Positions 36,198 to 46,689 of a stretch of 64,000 bases of DNA are shown here, piece by piece; the first letter of the stretch is position 1; each line of letters opens with the position of its first letter. This DNA comes from Candidatus Micrarchaeota archaeon CG1_02_47_40 (GTDB lineage: Archaea; Micrarchaeota; Micrarchaeia; Anstonellales; CG1-02-47-40): NCBI GenBank assembly GCA_001871475.1, contig MNVE01000016.1, positions 197,343 through 261,342 on the forward strand, read 5' to 3'. Both the position numbers and the translations under genes were made by a program. Below the pieces are notes generated by a model. It was not told the DNA's origin. It saw nothing but the letters and a program-made list of their open reading frames with translations, and did no database searches.

Positions 36198-37181
36198 TCA
36201 GAGGGTTGGCGGTTTAGCGGATTTATCCGGAGAATGGTTAAGGCTTCTGACAAATGAAACTATTGTTCTAACGACTTCGTTTGGCTTTTCCGTTTTGGCA
36301 ACGTCCCATCTCTGCTCGGTTGCGATTACTCTTATTAGAGAATTGAAAAAGCTCGCGACCATTATCAGTGGGTAGGTAAGCTCTGCCGAAAGGAACGGGA
36401 TTGCCATGCAAATTATAAAATCAGCTGGGGATGTGAAAAGCCATGTCTTTATGGTGTTTATGCGGTAGTTCAGCATTTTGAGAGGGTCTTCGGATTCTGA
36501 TTGCCTTACTCTTTTCTCTATCAGTTTATCCCGGACAAAAATTGCCGCTTTTGAAAAGACCGGCATCCAAATCACCTGGAAAAAACCAAAAAGAAGAAGA
36601 CCTGAAAATATCTTCGGGCCGAATCCGTCCGTCATTGTGCGTATGATGTTCATCGCGTTTGAAGTGCCTATTCCGGAAACCACCCCGCCTACAAACGCCC
36701 CGAGAACAAGCGGGCGCCAGAAGAGCTTTACAAGAAGGTCAAGGGTGCTTTTTTCGTTTCCCCTAAGGGCGAATTGCGCGTAAAACTCGGAAAAGAATGT
36801 GGTCATTGCACCTATCGCCATTGAGTTTAGCGAGAGCACGGCGGGACCAAGCTTGATTAGAGGCGTAGCAAACTGCGATGAAACCTTATCAACCAGCCCC
36901 ACCATTGCAAGCCCATAAAGCGCAATGAAAGAAACACCGAAACCGATATCCTTTGCAGTGCCGGCATGTTTTAAGGCGTTGCCGGGCATATCATGAACTT
37001 CTTTTTTTGTGCTATTCCACGCAAGCGGAGCCGCTTCACGGTAATCGCACACCGCCTTTCTTATTTTATATGGAAGGAGTTTTGAGAAGAACGGATTGCG
37101 GCTATTGCGAATGCCAGTGCTTGTCGAGGCATCGGCTAATGATTGGCGAGTCAAAACTATTGCGTTTGGCGGTGGATGCAT
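36198..37181 (-). CDS. Hypothetical polytopic membrane protein, weakly Mpv17/PMP22-like
   Basis: 327-aa ORF with TM helices; QVIWMPVF and TWLFTSPADF..IP pattern. Confidence 0.5.
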   Translation of the reverse strand: MHPPPNAIVLTRQSLADASTSTGIRNSRNPFFSKLLPYKIRKAVCDYREAAPLAWNSTKKEVHDMPGNALKHAGTAKDIGFGVSFIALYGLAMVGLVDKVSSQFATPLIKLGPAVLSLNSMAIGAMTTFFSEFYAQFALRGNEKSTLDLLVKLFWRPLVLGAFVGGVVSGIGTSNAMNIIRTMTDGFGPKIFSGLLLFGFFQVIWMPVFSKAAIFVRDKLIEKRVRQSESEDPLKMLNYRINTIKTWLFTSPADFIICMAIPFLSAELTYPLIMVASFFNSLIRVIATEQRWDVAKTEKPNEVVRTIVSFVRSLNHSPDKSAKPPTL

Positions 37182-37520
37182 TCAAATAACCCAGTTGCTT
37201 GTTCCTTTTCCTAAACTGCAGACTTCCATCTATACCCCTAGTATTATGTTGTCAATATTGGAGAATATAATACTTTTGGCTTTAGAAACCGTAAAGTATG
37301 CGGTGGAATAGATGTAGAAAAATGGCAATTCAAACCTAATTCTCACATTTTCTTTCCCGGAAACTTTTCCGGAATCAAATCCTTTATGTTCAAATAAGCT
37401 ATATGGCGCAGTATTGCATCAAGCCCTTTTACGCATTGCATTCACACACCCGCAAGGAGTAGGGAGGAGGAGGGGTTATATCTTGTTGCCAGCTTTTTTT
37501 GAGAAAAGTGGAAAGAAAGC

Positions 37521-37602
37521 AAGTGAATTTTCTTTTTTACAAAAGAAATTTGAAATATTTTTGTTTTTTACAAGAATAAAGTGAAATTATTTTGTTTTTA
37601 TC
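37521..37602. repeat. Three degenerate ~30-nt AT-rich tandem repeats
   Basis: TGAA(A)T...TTTTTA(CAA) repeated three times. Confidence 0.6.
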
Positions 37603-37604
37603 AG

Positions 37605-37734
37605 TTTGCCCTTCAGCATGCCCTTCTACTTGACCTGCGGCCAAGTCTTGACGCCTTCGGCATCAATCGGACATGTCTGTCGGAAACCGTTGTCGGCTTC
37701 GCCGGCAACCCTTCGGTTTCCTCCATCGGGCAAA
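37605..37734. repeat. 130-bp multi-hairpin REP/BIME-like element
   Basis: Closing stem TTTGCCC/GGGCAAA; three hairpins with cGNAg triloops on the minus strand. Confidence 0.75.
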
Positions 37735-37735
37735 T

Positions 37736-38437
37736 CTAAAAAACTGCCGGGCAGTTTTTTATCTCCTCAAAGCCCTTTTCTTTCCCAAGTATAAGTAAAT
37801 CGCACTTTGTAAAGATGCCGACCTCCAGCACGCCGGGAATGTTTTTCAGGCGCTCTTCATCCTTTTTTGCGTCAAGCACATCCATGTGCACATCCATGAG
37901 AAAATTCCCGTTATCAGTAATTACCGGCCCGATTTTTCCGCCGGAGCTTTTCCTGACTTCCGAACGCATCCCCATCTTCCTGAAATTGCGCAGAACGAGA
38001 GGGCAGGCAAATTCCATCACTTCAATGGGGACGGCAACGTTTGCAAGCGTCTTATGGTATTTCGTTTCATCGGCAATGAGGATAAATTTCTTTGCGTTGT
38101 AGGCGATTATCTTCTCGCGAGCAAGCGCCCCCCCTCCCCCTTTAATTGAGTTGAGCTTGGCATCCACCGAATCCGCGCCGTCTACTGCCAGGTCAATCTG
38201 CTCAATATGGTCAAGTGAAACGGTGTTGAGTTTTCCAAAGAGCGCAAGCTCGCGCGAATCGTGTGAGGTGCACACCCCTCGTATCCGCTTAAGTTTCCCA
38301 CTTCTGACCTTCTCGCAAAGAAGTTCAATGAAGTATTTTGCAGTTGTGCCGGTGCCAAGCCCGACCACCATATCATCTTTTACGTACGAAAGCGCGGCGC
38401 GCGCGGCATTTTTTTTCTCCAGCTCAAGATTAACCAT
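37736..38437 (-). CDS. rpiA: Ribose-5-phosphate isomerase A
   Basis: GLGTGTT, DGAD, KGGGGALAREK, TDNGN. Confidence 0.96.
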   Translation of the reverse strand: MVNLELEKKNAARAALSYVKDDMVVGLGTGTTAKYFIELLCEKVRSGKLKRIRGVCTSHDSRELALFGKLNTVSLDHIEQIDLAVDGADSVDAKLNSIKGGGGALAREKIIAYNAKKFILIADETKYHKTLANVAVPIEVMEFACPLVLRNFRKMGMRSEVRKSSGGKIGPVITDNGNFLMDVHMDVLDAKKDEERLKNIPGVLEVGIFTKCDLLILGKEKGFEEIKNCPAVF

Positions 38438-38445
38438 ATTGGGAA

Positions 38446-39783
38446 TCAACTCCGTATCTTATTCATTCTCTCAATCTTGCGGTTTATAAGCGCTTTCGTG
38501 CCGATGTCGCGCCGATGGCGCAGTACTCCGGAAATGGAGGTGCAGCCATCCTCTGAAATGCGCTCCGCTTCGCTTATGCTTCCGGCAATTCCCAAAACCC
38601 CGATTGAGCGGGATTTCTGCGTGTAAATTTTCCCTTCTTTTTCATATACGGATGAGTAGTAAATCTTTGCATTTGACTTTGCAAGCGCTTCCCCGTTTAT
38701 TTTTATTTCCTCGTTTTCCTCTGATTTGCCCGGGTAGCTTTTTGGCACGAGGTATTTGCAGACTGTGGCTTTTTTTGCAAAAGAAATTGGGGTGTCTGCT
38801 AAGGTCCCTTTTGCCATTGATTCCATCACAGAATACAAATCAGCTTCAAGCAATGCAAGCGCGTTCATCGCTTCAGGATCCCCAAAACGCGCGTTGAATT
38901 CTATAACCTTTATCCCTTCCTTTGTTGCGATGAACTGCCCGTACAGAACTCCAGTAAATGAAGAAGATTCGCTTGAGAGTGCCAAAATTGTCTGTTGCAT
39001 AATGGAAACTGCAAAATCATATTCCTCCTGTGAAATGAAGGGAAGAAGGTGGTTTGCATCCGAGTAGGAGCCCATCCCTCCTGTGTTCGGTCCTGTTTCG
39101 TTTTCAAATGCGAGCTTGTGATCCTGAACAAGGAGCATGGGAATGAGCGTCTTTCCGTCGCAGAATGCCTGCAGGGTGAATTCCTCCCCTATGAGCTTTT
39201 CTTCTATAACCAATTCCTTCAGGCCGCCCATGTTTGACTGGAGAATTTCGCGCGCGTATTCCTTCGCCTCTTCTGCATCCTTTAACTGGACACCGACAAC
39301 TTTCACTCCCTTCCCGCCGGTGAGCCCGGAAGGTTTTACCGCTGCCTCGCCTTTCAGCGAATCTATGAATTTTGCCGCTTCATCCGCCCCCTTAAACACC
39401 CCGAATTTCGGGCTGCCGCCTATTGCGTATTTCTTCATCAAATTTCTTGCGAATGATTTGTCCCATTCAACGCGCGAGGCGGATTTTGTGGGTGATGCGC
39501 AGGGAATTCCTTTTGCAATGAGCGCATCGGAAACGCCTGCCTGCAGTGTTGCATCGGGTGAAGAGAAGGAAAGGGAAATTGAGTTTGCAACTGCAAAATT
39601 GACAATGGCGGCGCCATCGCATATATTCCCTATTTCGAATTTTCCGCCTGTTTTTTCGCAGAGTTTTGCGATGCCGGGGTTTTTTGCATTCATGAAAGCA
39701 AAAAGGGAAACGGAATTATTCCTGCAGATTGCCTCTGCTATTGCGTGCTCCCTTGCACCGTTGCCTACAAGAAGAAAGCGCAT
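38446..39783 (-). CDS. purD: Phosphoribosylamine-glycine ligase
   Basis: GNGAREHA, GKGV, GPNTGGMG, EFNARFGDPE. Confidence 0.96.
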   Translation of the reverse strand: MRFLLVGNGAREHAIAEAICRNNSVSLFAFMNAKNPGIAKLCEKTGGKFEIGNICDGAAIVNFAVANSISLSFSSPDATLQAGVSDALIAKGIPCASPTKSASRVEWDKSFARNLMKKYAIGGSPKFGVFKGADEAAKFIDSLKGEAAVKPSGLTGGKGVKVVGVQLKDAEEAKEYAREILQSNMGGLKELVIEEKLIGEEFTLQAFCDGKTLIPMLLVQDHKLAFENETGPNTGGMGSYSDANHLLPFISQEEYDFAVSIMQQTILALSSESSSFTGVLYGQFIATKEGIKVIEFNARFGDPEAMNALALLEADLYSVMESMAKGTLADTPISFAKKATVCKYLVPKSYPGKSEENEEIKINGEALAKSNAKIYYSSVYEKEGKIYTQKSRSIGVLGIAGSISEAERISEDGCTSISGVLRHRRDIGTKALINRKIERMNKIRS

Positions 39784-41228
39784 TATCCCAACTCCTCTTC
39801 CCATATTCTGCATCCCTTCAGTTTGCCGCCTTCTTTTTTTAGTTTTTTTGCAAGCTCCTCGCCTGTTTTGGTAGGGTATTTTCCGTTCAGGCAGCCGGCG
39901 CATATCTTATCCCCAAGCCCGATTGATTCGGCTAAATCATTGAAGTTCTGGAATGCGAGCGAATCCGCACCTATTTTTTTTGCAATCTCTGCAACGGAAT
40001 GGTTTGCAGCTATCAGCTCGGAATAGGTGGGCAAATCAACCCCGTAAAAGCATGGGGCGACTACGGGAGGGCAGGTGATGCGCACGTGCACTTCCCTTGC
40101 GCCCGCGTGCCGGAGCATTTCTATTATCGGGCGCGAGGTGGTGCCGCGCACTATGGAATCGTCTATCATCACCACGCGCTTGCCTTCCACCAAATGCCGC
40201 ACAGCATTCAATTTCAAATTCACCGCATCCTCCCTTTTTGCCTGCGATGGCATGATAAACGTCCTTCCAACGTAGCGGTTCTTCATCAGTCCTTCTATCA
40301 TGGGGATGCCGGAAGCTTCGGAAAAGCCAAGCGCCGCGGGGCGGGCAGTATCTGGCACCGGCACCACTATGTCCGCCTTTGCAGGAGAGCTTTTCGCAAG
40401 CCTTCTTCCCAATTCCACCCGGACTTCATAAACTATCTTTCCGTCTATGTTTGAGTCCGGGCGCGCAAAGTAAATGTATTCGAACATGCAGTGCGCGGGC
40501 TGTTTTTGCAGAACCACCTTGCGCTTCATTGTTCCCTTGCTGACTACCGCCACTTCACCCGGAGCAAGAAAACCGCCCAGCCTCATCCTATTCATGTCAA
40601 GCGCAACCGATTCCGAGGCGAAAATCACCTTTTCGGCATCCTCACCGAAGCAAATCGGCTTTATTCCGTGCGGGTCGCGGAATGCTACCAAATCCCCTTC
40701 CCCTGTAATGAGCACTGTCGCATATGAGCCGTCTATTTTCTCCATGCAGATTTTTGCGGCATTGAAAAAATCGTGCGTTTGCTCGTATGCTGATGCGAAA
40801 ATGTGCAAGATAACTTCCGCGTCGCAGGAGGAGCTTACCATCCTCCCTTGAATGGAAAGCTCGCTTACAAGCTTTGAGTAGTTTGCGATGTTGCCGTTGT
40901 GCGCAAGCGCAATCCCCCTCTTTGGGCTGTGAACCAGCAAAGGCTGTGCATCCTCCTTCGTGCAGCCGCCTATAGTGGGATAGCGCACATGCCCTATTCC
41001 GATGCTTCCGGAAAGGCTTTCCACGCTCTCGCGGTTGAATATGTCCGAAACGAGCCCCACTCCCGTCATGATGCGTATTTTTTTGGAATCGCTTGTGGCA
41101 ATGCCGGCGGAATCCTGCCCGCGGTGCTGGAGCGCGACAAGCCCATTGTATATCCTGAATGAAACGCTGTGCCCTATCTTTGAATAGACTCCAAAAATTC
41201 CGCAGGATTCTTTTTTTTCACAGTTCAT
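39783..41228 (-). CDS. purF: Amidophosphoribosyltransferase
   Basis: SCGIFG, LQHRGQD, HNGN, DDSIVRGTT. Confidence 0.96.
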   Translation of the reverse strand: MNCEKKESCGIFGVYSKIGHSVSFRIYNGLVALQHRGQDSAGIATSDSKKIRIMTGVGLVSDIFNRESVESLSGSIGIGHVRYPTIGGCTKEDAQPLLVHSPKRGIALAHNGNIANYSKLVSELSIQGRMVSSSCDAEVILHIFASAYEQTHDFFNAAKICMEKIDGSYATVLITGEGDLVAFRDPHGIKPICFGEDAEKVIFASESVALDMNRMRLGGFLAPGEVAVVSKGTMKRKVVLQKQPAHCMFEYIYFARPDSNIDGKIVYEVRVELGRRLAKSSPAKADIVVPVPDTARPAALGFSEASGIPMIEGLMKNRYVGRTFIMPSQAKREDAVNLKLNAVRHLVEGKRVVMIDDSIVRGTTSRPIIEMLRHAGAREVHVRITCPPVVAPCFYGVDLPTYSELIAANHSVAEIAKKIGADSLAFQNFNDLAESIGLGDKICAGCLNGKYPTKTGEELAKKLKKEGGKLKGCRIWEEELG

Positions 41229-41229
41229 A

Positions 41230-42024
41230 TTACAACAGCTCCTTTTGAATGTGTTTGACTGCATTCCTGAATATATGGATTCCCATCTGAGATTCCGCCG
41301 ATTCTCCGCGCGCAAAACGCGGATGATTCTCGGGAAAGATGTGGCATTCGGGGTGCGGCATCAGACCGAATACCTTTCCCGTCCTGTCGCACACCCCTGC
41401 TATGCCCTCCTGCGAGCCGTTTGGGTTGGCAGGGTATTCGGTTGCAATCTCTCCGCTTTGACTGCAATACCGCAATGCGATTTGCCCGTTTTCTTCCAGC
41501 CTTCTCATCACTTCCCCATCGCGCGCCATGAACCTTCCCTCTCCGTGCCTGACAGGAAGGTAAATCTTGCTGATGCCTTTTGTGAAGATGCATTTGCTTT
41601 TTTCCTCTTCCTTTAGGCAAACCCACCTGTCCCCAAACTTTCCCGAAGCGTTTGCGTAAAGCGTGGCTTCCTGCGCGTATTTTCCGCCCGTGTTTGGCAG
41701 CAAGCCAACCTTCACCAGTATCTGAAAGCCGTTGCATATTCCGATTATGAGCTTGCCTTGCCGTATGAACCCCTGCATTTCGTCCCAAAGGGAGTATTTG
41801 AGCTTGTTCCCATATGCCCTTCCCGAAGAAATGTCATCCCCGAAGGAAAACCCGCCGGGTATTGCCATGCAGTGGTAGTTTGAAAGGGAATCCTTTTTTG
41901 AGAGCAGGTCGGCCAGATGCACTATTCTTGCTTGCGCTCCTGCAAGCTCAAACGCATATTTTGTTTCTATTTCGCAGTTTATGCCAAATCCCGCCAATAC
42001 CGCGATTTTTGGTTTTTTTTCCAT
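41230..42024 (-). CDS. purQ: FGAM synthase glutaminase subunit
   Basis: PGGFSFGD, GICNGFQ, MPHPE. Confidence 0.96.
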   Translation of the reverse strand: MEKKPKIAVLAGFGINCEIETKYAFELAGAQARIVHLADLLSKKDSLSNYHCMAIPGGFSFGDDISSGRAYGNKLKYSLWDEMQGFIRQGKLIIGICNGFQILVKVGLLPNTGGKYAQEATLYANASGKFGDRWVCLKEEEKSKCIFTKGISKIYLPVRHGEGRFMARDGEVMRRLEENGQIALRYCSQSGEIATEYPANPNGSQEGIAGVCDRTGKVFGLMPHPECHIFPENHPRFARGESAESQMGIHIFRNAVKHIQKELL

Positions 42025-42031
42025 CTATGCT

Positions 42032-45004
42032 TCACCAGTCAAGAGTCTTTTTCCAGGCTTCTTTGAGCTTTCCCAACTCTGCATTGAGTATTTCCTTCCC
42101 TTCAATTCCAGTTATGATGAGCTTTTCCTTATTTGTAGTCTTCCCTATTTTTGCAAAGGAGCTTTCCCGCATTATCTCCTCAAATTCTGCTTCCTTCCCT
42201 TTCTTCACGGAAATTATTATTCTGCCCGCGCTTTCAGAGAAGAGGAGGAAGTCGTTTCTTTTTTCCCCTTCATACGGGAGTTTCCGCAGGTCTATTTGCG
42301 CGCCTATCTCTCCTGCGAATGCGCTTTCTGCTGCGGCAACCGCCAATCCTCCGTCCGAACAGTCGTGTGCAGAAGAGATGATTCCTTTTTGCATCGCTTC
42401 GTGAAGTTTCGCATATGCCAGTGCAAATTCCCTTGCATTCACTTTTGGCGCCTTTCCCCATTCAATTTTGCGCAAAGAGAAATATTCGCTGCCTCCAAGC
42501 TCATCACGCGTCATGCCGAGGAGGTAGATAGATTCTCCTTCTCCCTTAAAATCAATCGTGACGGCTTTTGAAACGTCGGCGATATAACCAAGTGCAGAGA
42601 AGAGAAGGGTTGGAAGGATGGAAATTTTTTTCCCTCCACTCCAGAAATCATTCTTCATGCTGTCCTTTCCCGAAATGCAGGGAACGGAATATGCAAGCGA
42701 GCAGTCGTAAAGGGCTTTGCAAGCCCTGACAAGCTGTGCTAGTTTGTATTCCCCGTCTGGGGTTTTCTCCCCCTTTACCGGGTCGGGCCAGCAGAAGTTA
42801 TCAAGTATTGCAATTCTTGAAGGGTCCGCGCCTGTGCAGACTGCATTTCGCACCGCCTCATCAAATGCGCAAGATGCCATATCATACGTGTCAAAATCCG
42901 AGTAGCGGGGGCAGATTCCGTTTGATATAACCAATCCTTCCTGCGAAGAGAGTATTGGGCGCACCACCCCTGCATCGGAAGGACCGTCATTTTGCGCGCC
43001 GCTTAATGGCTTCACGCAAGAGCCTCCGCCAACCTCGTGGTCGTATTGGCGCACCACGTATTCCTTTGAGCAGATATCGTATGAGGAGAGAAGGGAAAGA
43101 AGTTCAGATTCAAGGTTGGTGGGTTGGGTAAGCTTTGGTTCTTTTTCACTTCTTTCCCCCCATTTCGCTTCCAGCTTCATCTGGGGCAATCCATTGTGCA
43201 AAAATTCCATGTTGAGAAAGGCGGCGGTTTTTCCATCATATTTCACGTGGAAAAAGCCAGAAGATGTGAATTTTCCGACAACGGTTGCTTCCACGCTTCT
43301 TTCCTTTGCCAGCTTCAGAAATGCGCCTGATTTTTCCGGCTCAACTGCAACGCTCATCCTCTCCTGCGCTTCGGAGAGGAGGATTTCCCATGGGTCTAAA
43401 CCCGGGTATTTCAGCGGCGCTTTTTCCAAATCTATTTCGCATCCGCCCGAGAGCTGCGCCATCTCCCCAAGCGAAGAGGAAAGACCGCCTGCTCCGTTAT
43501 CGGTAATTGCACTGTACAATCCCGCGTCCCTTGCCTCAAGAAGGAAATCATACATTTTCCTCTGCGTAATCGGGTCGCCTATCTGCACCGCAGTCGCAGG
43601 GGAGTGCTCATCCATCTGCATTGAGGAGAATGTGGCGCCGTGTATGCCGTCCTTTCCTATTCTCCCTCCCACCATTACTGCCAAATAACCCTCCTTCACT
43701 TCCTTCTTCTCGCTTGGCTTGCCGTTTATTTTTGCGGGAATTGTGCCGCCCGTTCCGCAGTAAACTAATGGGCGCCCTAAATATCTTTCATCAAAAACAA
43801 TGCAGCCGTTTACAGTTGGCACGCCTGTTTTATTGCCCCCGTGTTCCACTCCCCTTCTCACTCCTTCAAAAATTCTTTTGGGATGCAAAACTCCTTTTGG
43901 CAATTCCCCTGCAAAATTCGGGGGAGCAAAGCAAAAGACATCCGTGTTGAAGATGAATCTTGCGCCCATTCCCGCGCCAAGCACATCCCTGTTTACGCCT
44001 ACGATGCCCGTTAATGCACCTCCGTATGGGTCAAGTGCACTCGGAGCGTTATGCGTTTCCACTTTGAATGCGACATTGCAATCCTTGTTGAATTTGATTA
44101 TGCCCGCATTATCGGAGAATACGGAAACGAGCCAATCAACTTTCTTGCCGATTTCTTCGGTTGAGGCGCGTATGTAAGTATCAAACAGCGAATTTATCTC
44201 CTCTTTCTTTCCATTTTCCTCGTAAGTTATTTTCGCATTGAATATTTTGTGCTTGCAGTGCTCGGACCAGGTTTGCGCGATGCATTCTATTTCAACATCA
44301 GTGGGGTTTTTGGAGAGGGTATGCTGTTTGCGCTCGTTTTGGATGTCTTCTTTTCCGAAATGCCCCTTAATTGCATTCCATTCTTCATTTGAGAGGGCAA
44401 GGCATCTTTCCACTGACAGCTTCCCAAGCTCGCTTTGGGTTTTTTCCAGTATTTTTACTTCCTCTACTTTAGGCTCGTGCTTAAGCATTACTTTTGGCAC
44501 GGCAAGTGGGAAGCCTTTTTTTGAATCCCATTTTTCCCCTGAAATTATGGTGGAGCGTTCGATGAGGGGGTTGGAGAGAAGTTTCTCCGCTATCTCTTTT
44601 GCCTCTCCCTCACTAATTTTACCGTAAAAATAGTATTGGGTAGAGGTATAGGCACTTCCTTTCAGCTTCCGTTTAAGCACATCTTCTATTGCCTCTTTTG
44701 AGGTGGTGCCGACATTGTCCGTGACTCCGGGGCGGAAGCCGATTTCAATTGCGAATGTGAAGGATTTGTCTTTCAGCAGTGGCTCCCCGCAAGTATACCT
44801 CTCAACAACTGAATCGCAAAAGACGTTTTCGGAAAGGTTTTTCAGCTCTGCTTCGTTTAACTCCCCGTCAATAGTATAAGCAGAAACAGTATAAACGGAA
44901 GAAACAGAAGTTATTTTCAAATCCTCCCTTAACTGCTTTAAGACGCGGATGCCTCTCCCATCAAGTGAAGCGTCCTTTAGCCCGACCTCAATGCGAGATA
45001 CCAT
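42032..45004 (-). CDS. purL: FGAM synthase PurL with fused N-terminal PurS-like domains
   Basis: PGVTD, NPLIE, WSEHCKH, KVETHNAPS, QYDHEV. Confidence 0.95.
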   Translation of the reverse strand: MVSRIEVGLKDASLDGRGIRVLKQLREDLKITSVSSVYTVSAYTIDGELNEAELKNLSENVFCDSVVERYTCGEPLLKDKSFTFAIEIGFRPGVTDNVGTTSKEAIEDVLKRKLKGSAYTSTQYYFYGKISEGEAKEIAEKLLSNPLIERSTIISGEKWDSKKGFPLAVPKVMLKHEPKVEEVKILEKTQSELGKLSVERCLALSNEEWNAIKGHFGKEDIQNERKQHTLSKNPTDVEIECIAQTWSEHCKHKIFNAKITYEENGKKEEINSLFDTYIRASTEEIGKKVDWLVSVFSDNAGIIKFNKDCNVAFKVETHNAPSALDPYGGALTGIVGVNRDVLGAGMGARFIFNTDVFCFAPPNFAGELPKGVLHPKRIFEGVRRGVEHGGNKTGVPTVNGCIVFDERYLGRPLVYCGTGGTIPAKINGKPSEKKEVKEGYLAVMVGGRIGKDGIHGATFSSMQMDEHSPATAVQIGDPITQRKMYDFLLEARDAGLYSAITDNGAGGLSSSLGEMAQLSGGCEIDLEKAPLKYPGLDPWEILLSEAQERMSVAVEPEKSGAFLKLAKERSVEATVVGKFTSSGFFHVKYDGKTAAFLNMEFLHNGLPQMKLEAKWGERSEKEPKLTQPTNLESELLSLLSSYDICSKEYVVRQYDHEVGGGSCVKPLSGAQNDGPSDAGVVRPILSSQEGLVISNGICPRYSDFDTYDMASCAFDEAVRNAVCTGADPSRIAILDNFCWPDPVKGEKTPDGEYKLAQLVRACKALYDCSLAYSVPCISGKDSMKNDFWSGGKKISILPTLLFSALGYIADVSKAVTIDFKGEGESIYLLGMTRDELGGSEYFSLRKIEWGKAPKVNAREFALAYAKLHEAMQKGIISSAHDCSDGGLAVAAAESAFAGEIGAQIDLRKLPYEGEKRNDFLLFSESAGRIIISVKKGKEAEFEEIMRESSFAKIGKTTNKEKLIITGIEGKEILNAELGKLKEAWKKTLDW

Positions 45005-45094
45005 AGGAGATATTTGCTTTTTAACTTTTTAATGGTTTTGCTTTGGTTGAAGAGAAGAGGAAATGTTATAATTCTGCTGCTCGTATTTAATGCC

Positions 45095-45625
45095 ATGTCT
45101 GCCGGGCTTGCAAGGAAACCTTACGACGCGAAAATCGTCTTCGGGACAGCTTCCTTGTTTGTTTTTGCGATGCTTGGGATGTGGGCGGTTAATTTTGACG
45201 GATTTTGGCAGGGGGAAACGCCCATAAGCGCAAACATGATGGCAAACCAGACGCTTGTGCAGAATGAAACCAATCAGACAAACGCAACGGAAACTGCACC
45301 TCCAGTAATCTGCAACACCATCTGGAGAAAATGCTTTACCGGAGAGGAAGTGAAAACGGTAAAATGCTCAAGCGGATTTGAGAAGGTAGAGGAGTGCCCG
45401 GAAAATCCGTATGAGAAGAGAGTGGAGGAAGTTCCTTCTACAATAAGGTATTATGGATTATTCAAATGCTTCTGGGAAGTGAAGGAGAAATACGGCTACG
45501 GGAGGATGTTTGACCCGTTTGTTGTTTGCCAAAGCCAAACATATGGCTGGGACGATGCGTGCAAGTGCGCAGGCGAGATAGAAAGCTATGTTAGAACGTA
45601 TGGAAAACCTTCACTGCCAGAGTAA
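45095..45625 (+). CDS. Membrane-anchored Cys-rich exported protein
   Basis: N-terminal TM, repeated N-x-T sequons, multiple Cys. Confidence 0.65.
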   Translation: MSAGLARKPYDAKIVFGTASLFVFAMLGMWAVNFDGFWQGETPISANMMANQTLVQNETNQTNATETAPPVICNTIWRKCFTGEEVKTVKCSSGFEKVEECPENPYEKRVEEVPSTIRYYGLFKCFWEVKEKYGYGRMFDPFVVCQSQTYGWDDACKCAGEIESYVRTYGKPSLPE

Positions 45626-45681
45626 ATAACGGCACTTCATTCATGAGCCTGGCAGGAAGGTTTTGGAAAGCCGAAGGTAAG

Positions 45682-45945
45682 CTAGAAAAGCCAGCGAATC
45701 TCCTTGTAGATTTTGTCCCTTTCCCCTACGCGGTAGAATTTAAGGACAGTTTCTTCAACTCTGAAAATTATGCGGAGCCTTCCGACGCGCGCTTTCTGCA
45801 CCCTGCTTGAGCGATGAAGAAATTCGAAATGAGATGGGTTGGCTTGAATTTGCTTGAGTTTTTTTAGGACTGCTTCTTCGTCTTCTTTGGCAAGGGACTT
45901 GACATCGGAAACGGATTTTTCGGTATAACCGCTGTTTAGTGCCAT
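45682..45945 (-). CDS. RelE/ParE-family toxin
   Basis: KARVGRLRIIF...RVGERDKIY. Confidence 0.85.
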   Translation of the reverse strand: MALNSGYTEKSVSDVKSLAKEDEEAVLKKLKQIQANPSHFEFLHRSSRVQKARVGRLRIIFRVEETVLKFYRVGERDKIYKEIRWLF

Positions 45946-45962
45946 TGCAAAACCACGCGGGA

Positions 45963-46226
45963 TTACTTTGCTTTTATCCTTTTCTCAAATTCCTTCTGCG
46001 AATAGACTTTCATCTTTCCCTTTTTTATCAGCCCTTCCTGCCTTTGCACTTCGCGCACTGCTGATTCATCAAAGCGCCGCTCAATTTCATTGTCGTTGAG
46101 GTATTCCTCTTCCAGTTTGAGAACGCCGAGCCTAAGCGCCTCTGTTTTAGTTGAGGCAATTCCCCTTGCCACAAGCTCCTCAATTACGTTTGCAACGTGC
46201 CCGGTAAATCTTACAGTCAAATTCAT
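45963..46226 (-). CDS. RHH antitoxin
   Basis: Upstream of relE; beta strand plus TKTEALRLG helix. Confidence 0.78.
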   Translation of the reverse strand: MNLTVRFTGHVANVIEELVARGIASTKTEALRLGVLKLEEEYLNDNEIERRFDESAVREVQRQEGLIKKGKMKVYSQKEFEKRIKAK

Positions 46227-46290
46227 GTATTTTCACCGTATTTTATACCATAGAAATGAATTAAAAAGTATGCATTGTAAAAAAAACTGC

Positions 46291-46689
46291 ATGGGAGTGA
46301 TTACGGATACTGTCAGCAAAGTGCACCCAAAAGGGCATAAGAAAGTGTGCATCGGTTGGAGAGAGTTTGAAACACTTGTAAGAAGGCTTGCAAGAAAAGT
46401 GCCAAAGGAAAAAGTAAAATCCATTTATGCAGTACCAAGAGGCGGGTACCCTGCCGCCTGCCTCATGGCTCACCTGTTGAACCTCCCGATTGTGCAAAAA
46501 CCGGAGGGAGATTCGCTGGTAGTTGATGATATAGAAGATAGTGGAAGGACTCTTTCAGAATATTCCGGAATGAAGGCAGTGCCGATAAGCAAAATAAAGA
46601 ATACGAAAACCCTGTGCGCGGCAATTGTGCCTGTTTCGGAGTGGATTGTATTCCCTTGGGAGGCTGGCGGCGTCAAATCTCAGCCGTAG
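46291..46689 (+). CDS. Minimal type I phosphoribosyltransferase (Gpt-like)
   Basis: AVPRGG, LVVDDIEDSGRT, WIVFPWE. Confidence 0.85.
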   Translation: MGVITDTVSKVHPKGHKKVCIGWREFETLVRRLARKVPKEKVKSIYAVPRGGYPAACLMAHLLNLPIVQKPEGDSLVVDDIEDSGRTLSEYSGMKAVPISKIKNTKTLCAAIVPVSEWIVFPWEAGGVKSQP

